This document shows positions 27,137-40,106 of a stretch of DNA of 54,452 nt, piece after piece. Made by a program: the position numbers and the translations under genes. The number at the start of each line of letters is the position of its first letter. The first letter of the stretch is position 1. Origin of the DNA: Phoronis australis (Eukaryota > Animalia > Phoronida); NCBI GenBank assembly GCA_002633005.1, contig NMRA01000895.1, positions 53,490 to 107,941 of the forward strand, written 5' to 3'. Under the pieces are notes generated by a model, which was given only the letters and a program-made list of their open reading frames with translations, had not been told where the DNA came from and ran no database searches.

Positions 27137-27357
27137 TTAACATATCCTGTGACTGGAGTCGAAGCACGAGTCCTCAAAGTGGGCAAAACACAAAGTGGCG
27201 TCGAACCGAATCGCTTGGTCCACAATGAGGTCCCACACTCTCGTTCGGCGCACGACGCGATGCCACTTCTGCGCAACTTTGGTGTCCTTCGGAACACCGA
27301 GACGTTCTCCGCCTAGCTGCTGTTGCTGCAGCCTCCGGCAACACATTTTTTGATCCC
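27137..27357 (-). pseudogene. Frameshifted THAP zinc-finger domain
   Basis: KKCVAGGCSNSS*AENVSVF (frameshift) PKDTKVAQKWHRVVRRTR...ATLCFAHFEDSCF shows the THAP C2CH signature with conserved P, W and HF. Confidence 0.75.
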
Positions 27358-29060
27358 TCTACGAACCTTCTCGACGCTAAATGTACTTTGCTTTCTCTTC
27401 AGTCTATACACTTTGTCTCTGATCCTTACAGTATGGCAAACGACTTGGGTTCAACCCATGACGTTGTACATAATTATTATTTTTTCAATTTTTGGGTGTT
27501 TCTTTTTGAGCTGTGCACTACAGGCACTGAAATCAAGTAACATATAATAATAAAAATTATTTTGAGGTACTAGAGTCATGTTGTGTACACTTTAATATAT
27601 CATTTACTGCACAAGAAGTATACCAACAGTTAAAACTACCTGATTTTTGATAATTAGTATTTCTAATTAGACTTTCAAATTAGTCAAAATCAAATCTGTA
27701 ACATTTAAGTAACAAAAGTTTTCATTTTAGGGAAAAAAGTATATCAATTTTAACACAATTTAATTTCCTCTTTATTCACCCTAATCAATATAATTGAGCA
27801 AAATTTCTCAAGGGTATCTCAATCCTTTTCCAAAAAATCAAAAAACATTTTAAGTTACATCTGTAACAGTTTGTTACAGATGTTGCAAGAAATGTGACCA
27901 TCTTTCACAGCCACAAAGTAAAGATTTCCTTTTTAGGACTTAATTTCTAAAACATGTGTATGACCAGTTTGAACAGTCAAATACATATCTATGAAGAATT
28001 GTTAAAACCACTGTTAATCATCTACTGAGCCAAGAACTTCCCGTTTAGCGATAGTTCAAGACTAACGTTGATACACACTGTGGTGAAGAATATATGCACT
28101 GAAAGTCCCCCTTATTCACCACAGCCACCAGCTGAAAATCCCCAAACTTCACCCGAAGCACCAGCTGCAATCCGCCCAATTCACCAGAGGCATATCCTCC
28201 TTCATCAGAGACCCTGACCAGTGTTTTTTCGGTCAGTGATTATGTGATTGTTGAGTTCAGAGGTATTCATTTCAAGCAAGGTGCTCCATCAAAACTGGAA
28301 TTATGGTGTAAACCAGATATTCTAGAGACAAAAACGTTCTACCGCACCTTCAAAACAGCTAACCAGCCCGAAAAACCCAAACCCCGACATCTAAAACAGA
28401 AACCCTGGGGATCCGACAAGACACCGACGGCCGAAACACCAGTCCCTACTTGCTTTCCAACATTGTTTGTCACAAGAAAATAGTGCCTTAGTACAGTACC
28501 TTTAAAGGGCTCTGTGTTCATACGAGTTGTATCAATTTCACATTTTGATGAAAAGATAAATCTTCCTGTTTTAAACAGTTGATGTGATATGTTGTTTTAG
28601 ACAACTTATGACCGATCTCTAGCAATACAAGTGTTGATAATTAAATCGCTGACATGTACAGTGTACTAGACAGGGTTATCAATGAAAGATCGCATGTGCT
28701 TGTGTGGTGGACGCCACAATGGCCACAGAATTCAGAGGAATGATGTACCAAAAAAGCTTGTGAATGCGTTGAGTTCAGAGATTCTGATTCCAAATTTAAG
28801 TAACATTGAGGAGTTGAAGTACTCTTTTTGAGGACAAGAACAGTAAATTTGGTAACCACAAATTGCACGAGTTTCTAGCAACAAGTCAATAGAACATAAG
28901 TTACGTTTTATTGTTGTCAATCTTTAACAAATGCAGAAAACAAATGGAAAGTACTTGAAAATGCTCAGTTTGAGGCCATCGACGTTGACTTGGTTAGTAG
29001 TTTTGACCCCAGGATAAATTGTTTTACTCTAGGATTCCAATTTCAGTGGAACGATTGCGT

Positions 29061-30554
29061 CCTAGGAGCTCATACGTTGCACAAACCATGATGGTAGGAA
29101 GAGATGGTATCGAAGTCACTGTCATGAGAGCAACAGATAGTAACTAGAAAGATTATTGTCACGGCGTGACAATAACGGACTCTGTGCGTGCTTATTACTG
29201 GAATCATTATGTAAAGTTACTGACAGTTACCCGTTTACCAATATGAAAAGGAATTCTTTAAAATTGTAGGAGAAGTTACATATTAATTTTTTGATGACCT
29301 TTCCACTAATTGACCTCTTCCGGTGCATTATGAGCCCTGATGAGGGAGTAATTGTTAACTCGATTAAAAGTGTGGTTAATGCTAATAATCACAGATGTTT
29401 TACTTTAAGCACTTCAGAATACAAGATGAATGAAGTGGTCAAACTTTCAGAAGAAAAATGCAACTAATGACCCCATGGGTGCACCAAATGACCTGAAAAT
29501 TTAGAATTCAAACTCAATCGCACTTAGTAAACAGAAACGTAATTCTGAAGGCTCTAGCTCAAAATTTTAGTTTACACTCAATGACCATTGACCTATTTTT
29601 TCTGATTGGTTAGGCCTATTGCGAAGCAAAGTAGGGTATTCAATTAACATGTTTGACTTACACCAGTGTGCTGAAATTGAAAAGAATTCCTTGAAAAACG
29701 TAAGAGATGTAACATTTTGAACGTTACATGACCTTTGCACTAATTGACCTTATCCGGTGCATTTTAAGCATCTTCAGGAGAATTATTGCAAAGTCCATGG
29801 AAATCGTGGTTAACGCTGAGAATCCCAGTTGTCTAACGGTTGACACATCAGAATAGTCGCTGATTGAAAAGGTCAAAATTTCAGAAGAAAAATGCACCTA
29901 ATGATCCCATGTTTGCACTAAATGACCTGAAACTTTAGATTCCGATTTGATTCACTTGTGGCAATCAGACCTGTCAATTTGAAGTGTCTAGCTCAAAAGT
30001 TTAGTTTGCACTTAATGACCTTTGACCTATTTTATCTGATTGGATAACCCGATTACTTAGAAAAGTATTTTTTTAAATTGCCACGTTGACTTATACCTGT
30101 ACACCGAATTTGAAAAAGATAGCTTTAAAGCTGAAGGGGGAATAGAATTTTGAAAATTATATGACCTTCTGCACCAAACGACCTCTTCCGGTGCAATTTG
30201 GAATATGATTATATAACCAATCAAAATTTATATACAGTCAAAAGTCATATGCTGAATTTAAAGACCGTACCTGCACCCAATTTGGAATTATCAAGCCTCA
30301 AAGTTGGTCGGAAGAAGAATAAGAAGAAGAAGAAAATTGAAAAAACCCAGGAACAACAGTCCTCTGCGCTTACACGCATAGAGTAATAAGAATAAAATTG
30401 AAGAAAACCCAGGAACAACAGTACTCTGCGCTTACACTCGCAGAGTAACAAGACTGCATTCAGTTTACCAACACAAGACGACACCACATGGATTGACTTG
30501 GACCAAATAATCGAAAAACTCGCTGTTCTGCATATCGATCACTGCTCAGAATAA
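29061..30554 (+). pseudogene. Transposase C-terminal relic interrupted by the Helentron-like insert
   Basis: Removing 29143-30447 restores PRSSYVAQTMMVGRDGIEVTVMRATDSNKTAFSLPTQDDTTWIDLDQIIEKLAVLHIDHCSE*. This resembles the F.xP..DD....I...L tails common on DNA-transposon proteins. Confidence 0.5.
29143..30447. mobile_element. Non-autonomous Helentron/HINE-like element
   Basis: Hairpin TTATTGTCAC-ggc-GTGACAATAA near one end and TACTCTGCG-n8-CGCAGAGTA at the other. It has an (AAG)n tract and TGACC-rich ~434-bp internal units (29294, 29728, 30161). Inserted at AA/TT with no obvious TSD, splitting a reading frame. Confidence 0.65.
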
Positions 30555-33500
30555 TTTGCAAGGATAAGCAACTGTCGCAGCCTAAACGAACATTTAATCC
30601 TTAGACTTAAGATCAGCACGTCACTTTATAATTTTACGTGTGTGAGTGTTAATGTTGACCTTAGTTAGTTGTACCTGATTTGCTCCTTTTACTAAACTCA
30701 ACTTTTTCTAGGTGGTTTAAAGACTTAATTGGCATAGGTTTTGTACATTTCTCTCAGTGACCACAATTTCCTAACGAAGCTAAAAACAGGTGCACGGCAA
30801 ACAAACAAAGTAAATTTTAAAACTCCATCTATCAAAAACACTAAAATGGTTTTCCCACACCCCTTACATGCTCTTAATGGGATTTTGTTAAAGCTTTGTT
30901 TTCATTAAAATTGCATTCTACAACACTGTATGGTGCAAGTGCCAAATAGTCACATCTGTAACAGTCACATTTGTAACCCACATGGTTTTTTAAATTGCTC
31001 ATAATTATACAAAGACTTGATTTTAGTTCAAAAATCTTTTCTTCATGTTATAGCCAAATAAATAGTTAAATTATCTATAAGGAAACTAGTTCCATAATAT
31101 GAAAGACAGAACAGAGTTTTTAGACAAACCACCATTAGCATATTGACCATGGCATTTTCGGTCACATCTGTAACACTAATTAATAGTAACTTTTAGTACA
31201 CTTATAATGTGCAGAATTAAAATTTTTTGATACTTGAAGTGTTTCCATCAAGTGGGTAATGTGTACTTAGAATCTCTTACCACGATGCTTCACTAATTTT
31301 ATATTGGAATTTAAAGTGTCTGAATGTCACATATGTAACAAAACCAATACCGTGGAATGCACCTTTACTGATATGCAGTCTCATTATCGATCAGGCTTAT
31401 TACCGATCACACGTAAACGTGATCAAACCCAGTACGTTGTTACGTTCGGAGAGGATAGATTTATTAACTACGATTGTAGTTAGGTGATTATGGTGACTCG
31501 AAAGCTATAAGCATGATCAGTATTTGACGGGAATTCAAACATTTTATAACTTAAGTTATTTTTAACAGCACAGCCCAGTCTGGCAGACATGACCTTATCG
31601 GAGATAAGAGCAATTATAGAGCAAAAGGGAGCTGACACTCCAATCCTAAATGCCAGAATGGACTCAATCCGTTGCCAGTGCAAGATATTGGCTACAGCAG
31701 TCATCCACAAAACCTAATTGTTGTTGTGCTATACATGTACAACAGAACAAGTTGGACTAAACAAGAGAATGCCGTAATTTAAAAAGGAAAGAAAACAGAC
31801 TCAGTTCCTATCCCGTGCATAGTTCGGGGCTGCCAACGTAAAATGTTCTTCTCTCACGCACGGTATTACTTTCTCACGGATCTGAAGTCCTCCCCTCCCA
31901 ATCAAGTACCGGGCACTTGTTGGCGTTTTTCAGTATCCTCACACCCTGTAATTATTTGCTCACAAAGATATCAGCCCTGCTCCCACACATTTGATTTCTA
32001 ACCGTTCGTTTCCCTCCCCCCGGGTCTTAATCCGATATACGTATTGCGTGTCCCGTCAGCCGAGAAATTCAAACTAAATTCTTCTCTCCCCTTTGCCTTC
32101 TCACGGTTTCAAATTTCACTTTGGCAGTAAGAAAACTTGGCTGCGATTGGAAGATTCTAAATAATATTATGTGGCCAAGTTTGTTGAATTAGTGTTCATG
32201 CAGATAGTCAGATATTATATCCTGACACCAGCAGTGCAAAAATGCCAATGTATGCAACTGAACGAAGGACTGTTCGAAAAATTGTGATTTTTTACGCTTC
32301 ACCCCAGCTCCCACACACCATGTTCCTAGTCTGCGCGCCGTTCAGTACTTTCTCAGCCTAGTTAGGGCATACATTGAACAAGAAAGATTCCCCTTGCCGT
32401 GCGCCACGTAAACATCTGCTTATCAAACAGTTGAAAGAGCGGGTATCATGTCTGCTTGTCCCAACAATCCTGTTGCGGGGGAACCGCTGACTGGTGACGG
32501 ACAGGTTTTTGCGTAAACAAGGTCATTTTTTCATTGTTTGAACATTCTTCACATTAAATTTAGACCTTGTGAAAAAAGAACTAACCAGGGTCATTTCTTT
32601 CACGGGGACATTATTTAATGCTATACCGGCTCGGTTGAGTACATGTATATTTCCACTCGTTTTGTAGTGGGCAATTCTGCATTACACTTTTGATATTTTA
32701 GTTACTATGCACTTGACGTTTTGCACAAATTTTTAGTCACAAAACAAAGAGCTCGTAAAGCAAGCATTGCAAATCTACAGAATTTCCCATGTCAACCTCA
32801 ACATACATGTACATGTAAGTACAGATTTTGACGGGATTTGTTGTTTTGATATAACATTAACTATCTGATTTTGGAATAATTATTAAGAAATGCCTTTTCA
32901 AAGCTGCAGTGTGTATTTCAATAAAGAATACATTATTCACGTAGATGTACTGGTTTTGATGGCTGATGGGTAAGTTTGGGCATGCAGATGTTGTTTTGCA
33001 GTTCAATTAAAAGCACACATGAATGCCTTTAATACCGAATGTTTACTAAAGTTCAATTAAAAAAAAGCATCGTCAGCTGCATATATGCTGGTCAATAATT
33101 ATTTTTTATGTTCTCAATTACCAAGACTGGGGTGGAAACAACGCTTAAACTATGGTGGCAGAACATAAAAAACTAGTGGAAGCACCACTTCACTCTGTGG
33201 CCGAACCAAAGAACCCATGAATCAATGGCAGGACCAAGAAGTTCAACTTTTTGGCCACAGGCATTAGACTGCGAGTCCCCGTGTGTGCCTTCAGAATCAA
33301 TTTATTTTTTTCACATGATTCCGTAGTCAGACTTCCTTGACCGTTTTTATGAAAATCGACAAATAGGTTTATAGATATACAGAGATGTCGAACCCTTTCC
33401 ATTTTTGGACTGATTTGACGCAACCCAAATGCCAATTACTATTATTTTTTCCTGCTTTGTCGTTCGTGTCTGTATGTGCCAAACCTGATAATTAAATTGG

Positions 33501-33922
33501 CAGCTGGGTACTCGATGACGAACGCGTGACTGACGTTGATTTTCGAATGGGTCCAAGTATTGTAGAGGTTTGTAACCTAATTCACTGCATTAAATTGACA
33601 ACAGACGGGTGGATTCAATTATCGATTTGCTTTTTTGTTGATTGTGATTTTTTACGGTTCCCGGCGAGTTCCTCTTTCGTGAAACGTGGCTATTATGGAG
33701 GCGAGGACGCATTGCAGTTTCAGACGTGTCCGATAACAAAACAAGAATTCAAGAAATGGGACATGGAAAATTCTCAATGAAAGGTTTTTGAATTCTTTAG
33801 CTTAGCATTCTGTTCTCATTTTCTGATTTTGCACACTTTGTCGAACAGATTTTTTGAATGTTTTTTCTAGCCCAAAATCAGCAAAAGTTGTTAAGTGCCA
33901 CCTTACTGCTTTTTCGACTTAC

Positions 33923-34049
33923 CAGCAAACGGGCCTGGACTTTCGTAGGATGGACCCTTAGTCGCTCCTTCCACCACATGCTGGCGAACTTCTCTACCAA
34001 CATCTCTCTGTGTCGGTGTTTTTGCTTAACTTTTTTGTCTCATGTGTCT
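33923..34049 (-). pseudogene. Frameshifted paralog of the 20025-20150 exon
   Basis: Same acceptor and donor context (ttctcag, G|gtaagt). Reads THETKK...EVRQ...T.G.S....A, but is 127 nt (+1) and gives a TAG in frame. Flanking similarity extends to ~34340 (versus ~20420). Confidence 0.7.
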
Positions 34050-37000
34050 CTGAGAATTACAGTGAATTATATAAGCATCGCAAATAACCATTTAGAAAAG
34101 GTTGCTAAGCACTACGCGTTGACAACTTTACACTTAGCGTTCATCAATGAAGTGACTTGAACCATTCAATAAACACCACTGTCATACAACTCATACATGT
34201 AGACACTGAGTGTTAACTGCCTCAAGGCACTGTAATTATTGTTGAAAATTGTTGAAATTAAAACAGTTAATGAAACAAACAGTTTTTTTCAACAACAATC
34301 TTGCGGAAACTTTCCTTATGAATTTTAAATATTAGAAAAATGACTGGCTTCTGGACAAATACTTCACATTGCAGATTACTGCACGAGACCAGTACATGGC
34401 AGTTACATGATGATGTTGAGTATTTTATCCAATTCTTGGCATCGCAAATGCATTATGTTTGACTACAACAGGAAGGCAGATGAAAGTGGTAGCATGCTAT
34501 ATCACAAATTTTGTCATTAAAATTAGTTGTACACCTAGGTTGAATGATTAAAAACTGGCATGTTTTTTAGTTTTGAAAAATTATCGGTTTATGTAAAATT
34601 GGAACTCTTAAATTTTGGGGATAAATTAGTTGGGTGATGATGCCACTTTGAGCACAATTTAGACAACTAATACGAAACACCATTAAAAATGAAATCTACG
34701 CGCGTTTCTAGCATGAGCAATGTTATACTGAGCTCGCCAACTTCCACGGAATGAAATAGATACGACATATGAAACAGTGTTCTTTCGTGTATCAGTTAAT
34801 GTTAATAATTCCGTAGAGCGTAAGCTCTGCAGTCAATGACCATGAACCAAACATGTCAGAGCATACATGTACATAGACTGAAGAATTGTAGCGGCAGGCG
34901 TGCGTGGTACACAGTAGTTGGATGTTAAAACTTTAAAAAACATAAAACTTTGAGTGATTGATAGGAATAGTAAAATGTCCAAGGGTTTCGGTCACTGATT
35001 CATGGAAAATCTGATAAAATGACATTACACAATGAATAATGAACAATGATATTATGCGCCTAATTTCACTGTACAGTATACCTGTATATAGTATATTAGG
35101 CAACATTGGTTGTCGGTTCTCTTCCATTCAGCATCGGTAATACATTTGTGTGAGCTAAACTTGGACTTCACAATGTGCTACTTACGTATTTTTAACACAC
35201 ACAGAGCTCTTGAGCGTGACCCTTTCATTATACATAACCCCCATGTCACCTTTTGGTGTGAGACACCTCAATCCAAGGGAGTTAATTGTTTCTTTTGGAG
35301 GTTCAATGATTGATGACAACGCTAATGAGATTCCTTCAGATCGCTGATACTGACACGAAGGTTATGATATAAATCAAACAAAACAGCGACATGGACTTTA
35401 TCAAAAAATCGTGTTTTTTCACCACTTCATACCTCAAGAACTGCCTTTTATTCCTCGTTTTCACAGACATCGTAAGCTGTTCGCCCTCTCTGCAAAACAC
35501 GACTTACTAACTTTAAAGCCCATCCTGAAGAGTAACACAAGTGATGCAAATTTACTTCTTAGCACGTGTTAAAAATGCACTATACAGTATCAAGCACGCG
35601 AACTGTACCACTTACATCTATGGCCACATGAGAAATTCGATGCTGGTGGATTGACCTTTTAGACATAAAAGACATTTACACAAATTGGAAAATGAAATGG
35701 TAACACCTCAATTGAGTTACTGACTTCTTTTAGATGTAAATTCTTCAAATTTATTTAAGCACTCACAATGTGACCTGACTTCTACATAAGTGAATAATAG
35801 ACAACAATCAAAAATGATAGAGTATGTGACAACATTTCAATGAGTCAAAGTGATTTGCCACAATCTTTGTGCACGCATCACGTGGTGGTTAGTGTTTCTC
35901 GTTAGCAGCAGACGAACCAGCTAGTGTCGTAACCTATTTCTTCATTTGATTTTTAAATTCGGCTTTGACTTCACTAAAACCCTTTTTTGAATATGTACCC
36001 ATGCGTCTTCGTCTGATTATGGGCCCAGCTTAGAAGTATTTCAGATGAAACCCTCAGTTATTTTTCTTTATTCACTGTTCACACACGGTACGGAGGTATT
36101 TTTAAAATATTGCATTTTTGCATAAGAGGCTGTCACTTAAAGGTTTTCAAGATTTTCAATAAAGTTGTAAAATAAAGAACACAAAGGATATTTTAGAAAA
36201 CAGTAACATCATTTTTGAGAGTTCAACTTTTAGTTTACTTGCATATGAAAGAAAATTTCATACCACTGTTTTGGTATCAACATACGTATCCTTTTTGTTA
36301 AATCACGTGACGCACATAATGGCAGATTTGTAAAAAGGTAAAAATCAAACTCTGTAATTTCTTTCATTAACAATGAAATATTAATTGGGTTAAAATCCAT
36401 AGTTTTAAACATTTTTCAAAATGCGCAAACTGGTCAGTTAGGGCCTACAAAACCTAAACACACGCGTAATGAACAAAAATGAACAAAGATATGGGTGGCT
36501 AGTATAAAGACACTGTCACTGTTAAAACAGCATTATGTTTTACAATCATATGGCTCGTGTTCATGTCGATGGCACGCGGACTGTGGTCTGGAAATTTTAG
36601 GGAGGGCAGACCATGCCGCTGGTGTCAACAGACAGCAACTGAAGCACCATTAGGCAAAGTGTTTTTCGATTCTTGGTATAAGCCTAAATTGTAACATTAT
36701 CTGTTGGTGACCCGGTGACACCCAATCGAACATCGGTTGGCCGTCACCTGAGTGATGAGCTTCCGATGTGTTCTGATTTTGGCCGTGTAAGAAATGTCGG
36801 AGAAGCGTTGGTTTGCATCTCAACATGCCTTATCATATACAGTTAAGAGACCATGCTCAGCCTACATCTCGTCAACTGAATTTGGTCTTTTATCACTGTG
36901 GGAATAGTATTCAGGAACTAAACTTCCGTGTTTCAGTAATACATATTACGTATTCATATTGCCTCTGACATTTATTTGACTACTAGAGCATATCTTGTAT

Positions 37001-40000
37001 GTAATTGCTTTATTTAGCGCTTTGTAATACACTTTATTTCTGAAGAGGAACAGTTAACGTAACGTTTGGAGTAAACAAATTTAGGTGTAACCCGGTTCAG
37101 CATTTTGTATCTAGGAACTTGCGTATCCGAAATAATACTAAAAGGGAATTGTCTACTCAAACCTTTCACATATGCAAAATGTACAGTGTACGAATGCATT
37201 AGGCTTCTCTTATTTGCGCAGTTGGACATCTTTGTTCATGAGCATTTGTTTTGTACGCTTTAGCTTATTTTTAATTCTACGTAATGTGTCTAAACACGGG
37301 CAGATAGGATAAAAATACCTGGAACACATAAACACATTGGCTTACATGACAAATGGTCCAAATTTATATTAGGAAACTACAAAAAAAAAATAAAAAAAAA
37401 CTTGCTGAAACCTCGGCTCTGCAGAATGCTTCTCTCACTAAATTTCCGAGCGGACGCAAACAATCTTGGAAAATGAAGTATGACAAAAGTATGCAAACTT
37501 GAACAGGATGAGACAGACGTTTTTGAATAGTTGAACAGGTTTGTGGAAACGAAAATTCCGTCGCAATTTCAGTGAAAAGTATCCCAGGAAATTTTCAAAT
37601 TACAAACCGAAATAAAAAAAAAACATGAGGATGCGTTTCAAACGATTTTCGATTTCTCAACAGAGTATGGAATGACACTGATGCAACAGTTTCGGTCAAA
37701 ATTTGAAAGGGAATGATATATAAGATAGCAAATGAACGAAATATCGATAATCAAACTGAAACGATTCTAATTCATATCAGCAGCTGCCTACACCACCGAC
37801 ACATCTTTTGCGCAATACATGTATTTCCTCGTTGTCGGTAAGATCAGTGTCAAGTGTTGTGGTCTGTTGTTACAGGACAAGACGAGTTCGCAACTGGTTA
37901 GCGCACAAAATCATTTCGGAAATAGATCCGGTGAATTATCCAGTTCATTAAGATTATTACTACTTATTAACTGCAGTTTACAGACTCGCTCTCACACTCC
38001 CAATACACTACTTAAGCTCCTGAAATGTTGACAGTAAAATGTGAATGTTCGTGAAATCAACCCGTACATCTGGATCCTCGGCGTTTAATGTTTAAAAGTT
38101 GTCAAACAATTGCACGTAATCACGTGACTATCCTTTTGCAAACAAATAAATTTCAACACTTGTACAAGTACCAAATACGACTTCAAAATATGACAGAAAA
38201 GTAAAAAATTCACCATGCCAGAAATTTATCCCACATCAGTTCTATAAAACCCTGCATCTACCTGCAGACTTTACTTAGGACAAATTCGAGACGGCATTTT
38301 GAAACGTGGGTTTGCAGCTCTACCTGACTTCGTTTTAAACTCTTTGCACGCCCATAAGAACATTTGATTATATAGACTGTAGACTTAGGAGTCCAAGTAA
38401 CAGAGATATAGAATGCCAGAATTTTATCTCACAATGTAAAGGTGCCATAAAACATCAAAATTCTAAAAAAATACTTACTGACCAATTCAACAAGAAATAC
38501 CTAGCAACTTTTGGATTGCAAACAGGGTCCTCTAAAAGAAAAGTGGTTTAGCCTTTTCCGAACTAATGACAAAATCAAGGAACTGTCCTACTCAAGTGTT
38601 TCACACATAGGAGCATGCCTTATACATTGCGCGTAGGTAGATTTCATTTGCAAATGTGTGTCTGCTTGAGTTTGTGCGTGATTTTGTAGTTTTCACTTCT
38701 AAGCATTTACGTAAATGTTTGTAGATGCTGTAAAAATAAAAAAAACAGAATCAGACACATTGGCTTACGGGTTATATGTACACAAATTACTTATGACAAC
38801 CACTAAAACTTTTACTGATTCCACACAGACTAGAACAGAGCACGTTAGGCCTACTAGAGTTCCGTAATTTTTGTGATTCGAACACCTACTGTAAGGTCGA
38901 CAGAGTCAAAGCGTAAACGAGACTACCATCAAACGGTTAAGGACAAACATCGTAAAAACTGCAAATACACACAATGGAGAATGGAATAGCCATACTTTAC
39001 GCTACTTGTAGTTAATGAATTTATTCAGGCTCATATGTTTGCACGTTAGCTTATCACTGAACACATTAAGTTTAACAAGGGCAGATATAATTTACAGTTA
39101 ATGCTAATTAATACGTAAGAAAAGGTAAAAAAAAAATCACTTTGCCAGCAACCATAAACGCATCTCCATAAAACATCGAAGTGAATATTTCGGAAATGCG
39201 GCCAGGTTTCGCAAAAAATCGATAATATTGAAGGGCAGCATATATTATACGAGATATAACTTTTGCTGCCCACTGGAACTAATAACATTGACATCAACAT
39301 ACTTAGACTTTTAGCACCGAGATGGAGAGAACACAATAATAGAAAATTATAAAAAATTAGACGATATTTTCGCTATTCTGGTTAGGTTTCGTCTTACTAG
39401 ACAAATTGGTTTAATTTGCTGTTTTACCTGTTGACAAGCGTGACAACAACACCCTTTCGAGACGTTTCACGACCATTAGCTTGGCATTCGCGGTGTGAAG
39501 TGATACAACTGTATGTCACCATCACAGGAAATAAAATGGCTAAGGTTTCAAAAAACAAAGGCGAGAAGAACCGTATGTTTCCAGTGCTGAACAGGGCCGT
39601 GAAATTGAAAGTGGTGTAGCATATTCAGTCAAAACTTAACAGGAAAATGACAAACAAGCCCAATAAAGGGAAATCAAGCTGAAGCAGCTACACATACATG
39701 TACGATTTCATTATTCCAGACATTTCCCCGGACCGTTATCTTCTGTTCATTTCACTGCCCATGTGAATTCTCAAACGTCTCTACGTTTAGCAAGGAATGC
39801 AGTGGTGTCTTTGCTTTTGTTAATCCAAATTTCCTGTATTTTTACTAAATTCAGGGGCAATTGCTGCCTGATCCTTTACCTACCAACCACACGCAGACAT
39901 CAAGGCACTTTTATATTATCTGAATTACGATACGCGTAGATCCCCTTTTATGAGAGAGTTTGCGAATTGCACGTTCCGGAGACTTGCCGTTTCCGTGTCC

Positions 40001-40106
40001 GTGCATGTTTAGTTCAGCGTACACGAACTGTAATACGTTTGTTCAAAGAAAAAATTGCTAAAACATTTCACATGCACATGTACTAGCAATCGAAAACCTG
40101 CCTTAA

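Larger units (their letters stand above)
26374..31363. mobile_element. ~5-kb composite DNA transposon with TIRs and a 4-bp TTTA TSD
   Basis: Left GGTGCATTCCACTGTATTTG versus right reverse-complement GGTGCATTCCACGGTATTGG (18/20). TTTA lies on both flanks (26370-26373, 31364-31367). Subterminal motif GTTACAGATGTGAC at the left and inverted GTCACATCTGTAAC several times at the right. Confidence 0.75.

Noticed and set aside
37781-37837. Phase 1-1 mini-exon joining to 49744
   Set aside because: UBR4 homology places the true acceptor at 49767 (phase 0) after exon 49302-49395. The mini-exon has no other support.
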